This document shows, piece after piece, positions 59,238 to 64,000 of a stretch of DNA of 64,000 nucleotides. Every line of letters begins with the position of its first letter. Positions within the stretch are counted from its first letter, which is position 1. The stretch covers positions 434,001-498,000 of IMG/VR virus record IMGVR_UViG_3300046616_000314; one strand, written 5' to 3'. Position numbers and translations under genes: made by a program. Under the pieces are notes generated by a model, which worked only from the letters and a program-made list of their open reading frames with translations, ran no database searches and was not told where the DNA came from.

Positions 59238-59834
59238 ATGCGTCGTTTTGCAATGGCTCTCGTAGCCGCATCGCTTCTGTTCGTTCCCGCCATGGCTTCG
59301 GCTCAAGCCACCACGGCTCCTGCCAAGGTCGATACCGCCGGTCTGTCGGATGCCCAAATCGCCGAAGTCGCTGCGACCGCCGAACGTCTGAAGGCGGAAA
59401 CCCCCGAAGACCTTCGCAACGCGCGCGAGACCGTCGAGCGCATGAACCAGTATGTCGAGATCGGCAAGGGTCTGGGTTCGGGCATCGGCGCCGCTGCGAA
59501 GGAATTGGGCGTCGCGGTCAACGACTTCGCCAAGACTCCCGTGGGCAAGATCACCATGGCTCTGATCGTCTTCAAGGTCGCGGGCGGTCAGATCATCGGC
59601 ATCCTGGGCGGCTCGATTTGGTTTCTGGTGATGATCCCGCTCTGGATTCATTACTTTAACCGTATCTGTAATCCGATCACGGTTGAAACCGAATACGACA
59701 AGGAAAGCGGCAAGCGCATTCGTACGACGAAGCGCGGTCCCGAACCCGGCAACGGCGACATCGCTGCTTATCGCGGCATCATGCTTCTGGTGTTGATCGT
59801 CATTTCCATCGCCGGTTTCGTCATGGTGTTCTAA
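59238..59834 (+). CDS. Exported/membrane hypothetical protein
   Basis: Signal peptide ending ASA; C-terminal TM segments; TTGACC-N16-TATAAT upstream. Confidence 0.75.
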   Translation: MRRFAMALVAASLLFVPAMASAQATTAPAKVDTAGLSDAQIAEVAATAERLKAETPEDLRNARETVERMNQYVEIGKGLGSGIGAAAKELGVAVNDFAKTPVGKITMALIVFKVAGGQIIGILGGSIWFLVMIPLWIHYFNRICNPITVETEYDKESGKRIRTTKRGPEPGNGDIAAYRGIMLLVLIVISIAGFVMVF

Positions 59835-59855
59835 ATCCAAACGGATTTAGGAACG

Positions 59856-59892
59856 AAAAAAGCCCCGGCAGTTTTGCCGGGGCTTTTCTTTT
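59856..59892. terminator. Bidirectional terminator
   Basis: AAAAGCCCCGGCA-GTTT-TGCCGGGGCTTTT. Confidence 0.85.
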
Positions 59893-59911
59893 ACGCTTTA
59901 CTTACGCGAAC

Positions 59912-60994
59912 TTATGCGTAAGTGATGATGATTGTTGCGTTACCAAGAGTAGCAGTTCCGGTGACATAGATCGAAATCGCTGTCTCGGAACCGGCTGGAT
60001 ATTGGTAGATCGGTGTAGTTACGTAAGCACCTTCCGATTGCAAATCGTTTTGATCATCGCCCATTAGACGAAGATTGTCACTAGCGTCACCGACGCTAAT
60101 TGCCATGTCGCCATCAAAACCATCGGTGACTTCAACGCTAACTTCAACGACACGAGCACCATTGCCAACGTTGCCGATGGAGATTGTACCGGTCGAAGCT
60201 GCGTCAATTTCAACCTTTGTAGTCAGGCTGTCCGAACGAGCCGAATCTTGGGTTGCAGTTAGAACCCATGCACCTGTCCACAGGTATTCAGCCCATTCAC
60301 CAGCCGCCGCATCAGTGGGGTTGCCACTTGCGTCGATTACGTGAACGACTTGACCAGTGAACGGTGTCAGTGCGTCGCGCGCAGCAATATTGGCAACAAC
60401 GGTGGTACCCGAAGTGATGCCGCTAAAGCCCTTGCTACCAACGTAGCGATAACCCTCAATGTAGATGCCGTTCGAAGCAACCGAAACGGTTGTAGCCGTA
60501 CCGATTGTTGCCGTGCGGCTTGCCGGGATGGTGTTCGGGAAAGTCAGAACACCAGCAACGTAGTCGAAAATCCATTCTTCGTTAGTTGTATCCGGTAGGA
60601 TACGTGCAGCAGGACCGCCGTTCGGATCACCGATATATACCTTAACGGCATAACCAGCACCGAAAGCCGAAGGAACGAAGTCACCGGTACGCGATGCAGT
60701 TGTTCCAAAAGTCGAAGTTGTGAACCAAGTGAGGTTTGACGGAGCGGTCGGGTCATTCGTACAACGATAGCGATTAGCTCCGGTGTAAACGCCGACGTTA
60801 GCAGTTGTCGAAACCGGCGGGGTTTCTGGAATGCTAGTGCTGTCGGTGTTTGCCCAAATGCTTGACGCATAAACAGTTGTCGGCGAAGCGACGGTTTCGT
60901 TAGACGCAAGCTTTGTGCCCGAACCAGCGGTCTTAGAAGTACCGAAGTTCTTTTTCCACAAAAGGTCTAGTTTTTCTGTATCTGAAATAGCCAT
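59912..60994 (-). CDS. Virion fibre-associated protein (modules C+D)
   Basis: N-terminus like the 45951 product, C-terminus like the 48192 product. Confidence 0.8.
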   Translation of the reverse strand: MAISDTEKLDLLWKKNFGTSKTAGSGTKLASNETVASPTTVYASSIWANTDSTSIPETPPVSTTANVGVYTGANRYRCTNDPTAPSNLTWFTTSTFGTTASRTGDFVPSAFGAGYAVKVYIGDPNGGPAARILPDTTNEEWIFDYVAGVLTFPNTIPASRTATIGTATTVSVASNGIYIEGYRYVGSKGFSGITSGTTVVANIAARDALTPFTGQVVHVIDASGNPTDAAAGEWAEYLWTGAWVLTATQDSARSDSLTTKVEIDAASTGTISIGNVGNGARVVEVSVEVTDGFDGDMAISVGDASDNLRLMGDDQNDLQSEGAYVTTPIYQYPAGSETAISIYVTGTATLGNATIIITYA

Positions 60995-61012
60995 AATAAA
61001 TCTATACCTTTC

Positions 61013-62839
61013 TTAGTTTGTGAAGCTTAGAGCACTGATCGATTGACCAGCATTCAGGCGAATGCGAACCAAGATTTGATTGCCTGTAGCGTTAGTGGAC
61101 GACTGAGTACCGAAAGTAATCGAGAAGGTACCCGAAGCACCCGACATCGCAGAACCTTGAGCACAACCGGCTAGAGTATCACCAGATTTACCGGGGACGC
61201 CAGCACCGTCGTACAGTTGGAAAGCATTCCACCAGCCGTTAGCAGCGTTCGGAGAGATTGTGCCATTGTCGGAGACGCCCGGTAGACCGATCCAGCAACC
61301 CGCGTAAGTGCCGGTGACTACGATCTTGAATGCCGATAGAGCCGAACGATTGAACGAGAAGGTTACGTATTGCGCACCAGTACGACCCGAAGACAGGTTC
61401 GGACCAGCAGGCAGATAACCCGACGAATAGTTCGTTTGGTCATGCTTCAAAGTACCGCCAACAACGGTTGCATCGTAGGTTTGGATTGCAGCAGTAGCAT
61501 CCCAAGCCGATTGAGTTTGAACCGGGGTGTCGCCACCAGCAGCCAGACCCATACGAATTGCGTTATTTGTGTTCGGAGAAGAACCCAGACCGGTGACTGT
61601 AACGCTCAGTTCATCAATACGACCAGCAGCAGTACCGCGCTTAACGAGAACAACGCCAGTAGCGGTTGTGCCTGTCGAGCCATTGACGTTGCGACCGGTA
61701 AGAGTAACGGTACCCATATTGTGGATATTTGTGCCGTTAACGCTTAGTGATTGTTGAGAAATATTTGTAGCAGTAGTTGTGTTCGCATTGATCGGAGTAG
61801 AAATACCCAAAGTGGCGTATGTCAGAGTTTGCGAAGTTAGAATGCTGTTAGAGGCTGAAATAACCAGCGGGTCGGTGCCGCCGTAGTATGTTTGACCAGC
61901 GAGGTTGCTGATAGAACCGTTGACGTTCAGAGACGCGCCGCTGTTGTAGTGAGGAACGCTGGACGAATACGCCAGAGTACCCGCAACACCTTCAACGACG
62001 TTGGCGGTGACAGCCGGAACGGCGGTCAAATGGTCACGAACAAAATAAATTTCAGAAGTTTGACCGGCGCCTGTGTGGTTCAGTCGGAATTTGTTGACGC
62101 CAAGCGGTGCAGCCGCCAGGGTAACAGTAGTATCAATGGACTTCCAAAAACCAGCAGTCGAAAGCGGATAATCTTTCTGATCGGCAAGGACCAGACCGGA
62201 ATATGTACCGCCGTCGCCTGTACCTGTCAGAGCCTTAGAGCCAAGGACCGAACCGTTCAGCAAGAGTTGCATGGTACCCGAATTGCCCGGTCCCATGTCT
62301 TGGAAGGTGTTGGAAGAAACGCCAGCCGCCGTGATACGCGAAACAGCGTTGGTAGGAACGAGAGTAGAAGTACCGCTGTTATCAACGACACCGTTAGCCA
62401 GGACCGGAGTAGTACCGGCGGTGTTGGCAACGGTCAGGGCGTTGCCGTTCGGGAACGCGGGAGGCGCAGCCGGTGTGAGCAAAGCCAAGATTTCGTTCAA
62501 GCCATCAATGGCATCCGAAACCTTTGTTGTTTCTGTGATAGTGATTGCACCCGGCGAGAACGATCCGTCGCCCTCAGTCGCGGCATTACCCATGACAAGG
62601 TGAAAGCCATCAACTGGACCGGCGTTTGCGACGGCGTTGCTGATGGACGTGTTAAGTTGGTTCAGGGTCACAACGTCGTTGTTTCCAACGCCGGGAGCCG
62701 CACGAACAACCGCCAACGAACTATCGTCAGCGGTACGAGCCTCGATTGTTTCCGCATTTTTCTTCAGGCGCGGACCTGACTTACCTAGTTGTACGTTGCT
62801 GCCAACGCCAACCAGACCGAAATTTTTAATATCAGCCAT
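61013..62839 (-). CDS. Virion fibre/appendage protein (modules A+B)
   Basis: N-terminus like the 50273 product, remainder like the 44037 product. Confidence 0.8.
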   Translation of the reverse strand: MADIKNFGLVGVGSNVQLGKSGPRLKKNAETIEARTADDSSLAVVRAAPGVGNNDVVTLNQLNTSISNAVANAGPVDGFHLVMGNAATEGDGSFSPGAITITETTKVSDAIDGLNEILALLTPAAPPAFPNGNALTVANTAGTTPVLANGVVDNSGTSTLVPTNAVSRITAAGVSSNTFQDMGPGNSGTMQLLLNGSVLGSKALTGTGDGGTYSGLVLADQKDYPLSTAGFWKSIDTTVTLAAAPLGVNKFRLNHTGAGQTSEIYFVRDHLTAVPAVTANVVEGVAGTLAYSSSVPHYNSGASLNVNGSISNLAGQTYYGGTDPLVISASNSILTSQTLTYATLGISTPINANTTTATNISQQSLSVNGTNIHNMGTVTLTGRNVNGSTGTTATGVVLVKRGTAAGRIDELSVTVTGLGSSPNTNNAIRMGLAAGGDTPVQTQSAWDATAAIQTYDATVVGGTLKHDQTNYSSGYLPAGPNLSSGRTGAQYVTFSFNRSALSAFKIVVTGTYAGCWIGLPGVSDNGTISPNAANGWWNAFQLYDGAGVPGKSGDTLAGCAQGSAMSGASGTFSITFGTQSSTNATGNQILVRIRLNAGQSISALSFTN

Positions 62840-62919
62840 GATTGTCTCCGAACAAGGGAAAACCCCTCGCCTTTATTTATGGAGACACGGACCAATTTAT
62901 CTGTAGCTTAATCATAAAC

Positions 62920-63087
62920 ATGGTTAACAACCATGATAATATTCATGGTTGTAACGTCTTGAAAACATTCAATTTTGAGTAGTGGGAGCTTTCTGTTGAC
63001 AGGCTATAAGTCCGAAGACTTGGCTCCCTGGAGGCGCCGCTTTTGAGGTCGGGTCTTGCTCGGGTAGTAACTCAAGTCAACAATTCA
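62920..63087 (-). ncRNA. Candidate small structured RNA
   Basis: Promoter-like sequence upstream, C(UUCG)G hairpin inside a GGGAGC/GCTCCC stem, terminal inverted repeat. Confidence 0.4.
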
Positions 63088-63117
63088 ACTCTATTTAACC
63101 ACGGGATACCGCGCGCG

Positions 63118-63407
63118 TCAACAATAATATGAATTATCGCCAACGCCGAATAAAATTTTGAAACCGATGAACAGCCACCAACCAAGACCGATGCAGAAAC
63201 CAAGTCCAACAACGATAACGAAAAGAACTTTGAACAGTATCAAATATTTGATGAGCGCAAGAGCGATCACTACCGTCGCGATGGCGGTGAAACCTATCAC
63301 GGCGAACACAAAAATTTTGTTCCAGAAAGGAAGATTGTCCACTTTACGAACCCATTGCTTAGTCGGATGTTCGAATAGAAGTTCCCATTCTTCTTTCTTC
63401 GTAGCCA

Positions 63408-63408
<1 letters not shown>
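63118..63408 (-). CDS. Hypothetical membrane protein (2 TM)
   Basis: Two hydrophobic segments; TAATG-coupled to serS. Confidence 0.7.

Positions 63409-64000
<592 letters not shown>

Noticed and set aside
44037-62839. Invertible or shufflon-like segment bounded by the inverted fibre paralogs
   Set aside because: The DNA copies differ at many synonymous positions, no identical crossover repeats were seen, and no recombinase is in the window; it looks like an old duplication

Overview
The window is 64 kb from a large dsDNA myophage with T4-superfamily/jumbo-phage gene content. The host is most likely an alphaproteobacterium, judged from host-like SerRS, NYN/LabA, M16 peptidase and ClpA genes. 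It has four kinds of genes: (1) baseplate and tail genes (gp6-like, gp25-like, a chaperone-tipped fibre, an Ig-domain protein); (2) replication and nucleotide genes (family-B DNA polymerase, probable sliding clamp, RNase H/flap nuclease, DNA ligase, ThyX, DsbA-like protein, an N6-adenine/N4-cytosine methyltransferase, an HNH nuclease); (3) a large translation and proteostasis set (SerRS, tRNA-Arg(UCU), Pth2, peptide deformylase, DnaJ, ClpA, M16 peptidase, Pnkp-like protein, nucleotidyltransferase); (4) spanins and six large fibre-like proteins built from shared modules. The most notable unexplained features are these. A ~700-nt ORF-free, hairpin-packed element (41085-41780) has G-U pairs that point to a minus-strand large ncRNA. 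A second sRNA candidate lies at 62920-63087. Hairpins recur that place a promoter inside an RBS-masking stem. Several genes have TAAATA-N5-ATG, suggesting leaderless late transcripts. An orphan 13-nt copy of the 16S rRNA 3' end sits near 23240. Two small-protein paralog families are present, and an inverted fibre operon is a chimera of the larger one. All assignments were made by eye from motifs; no database search or folding program was run.
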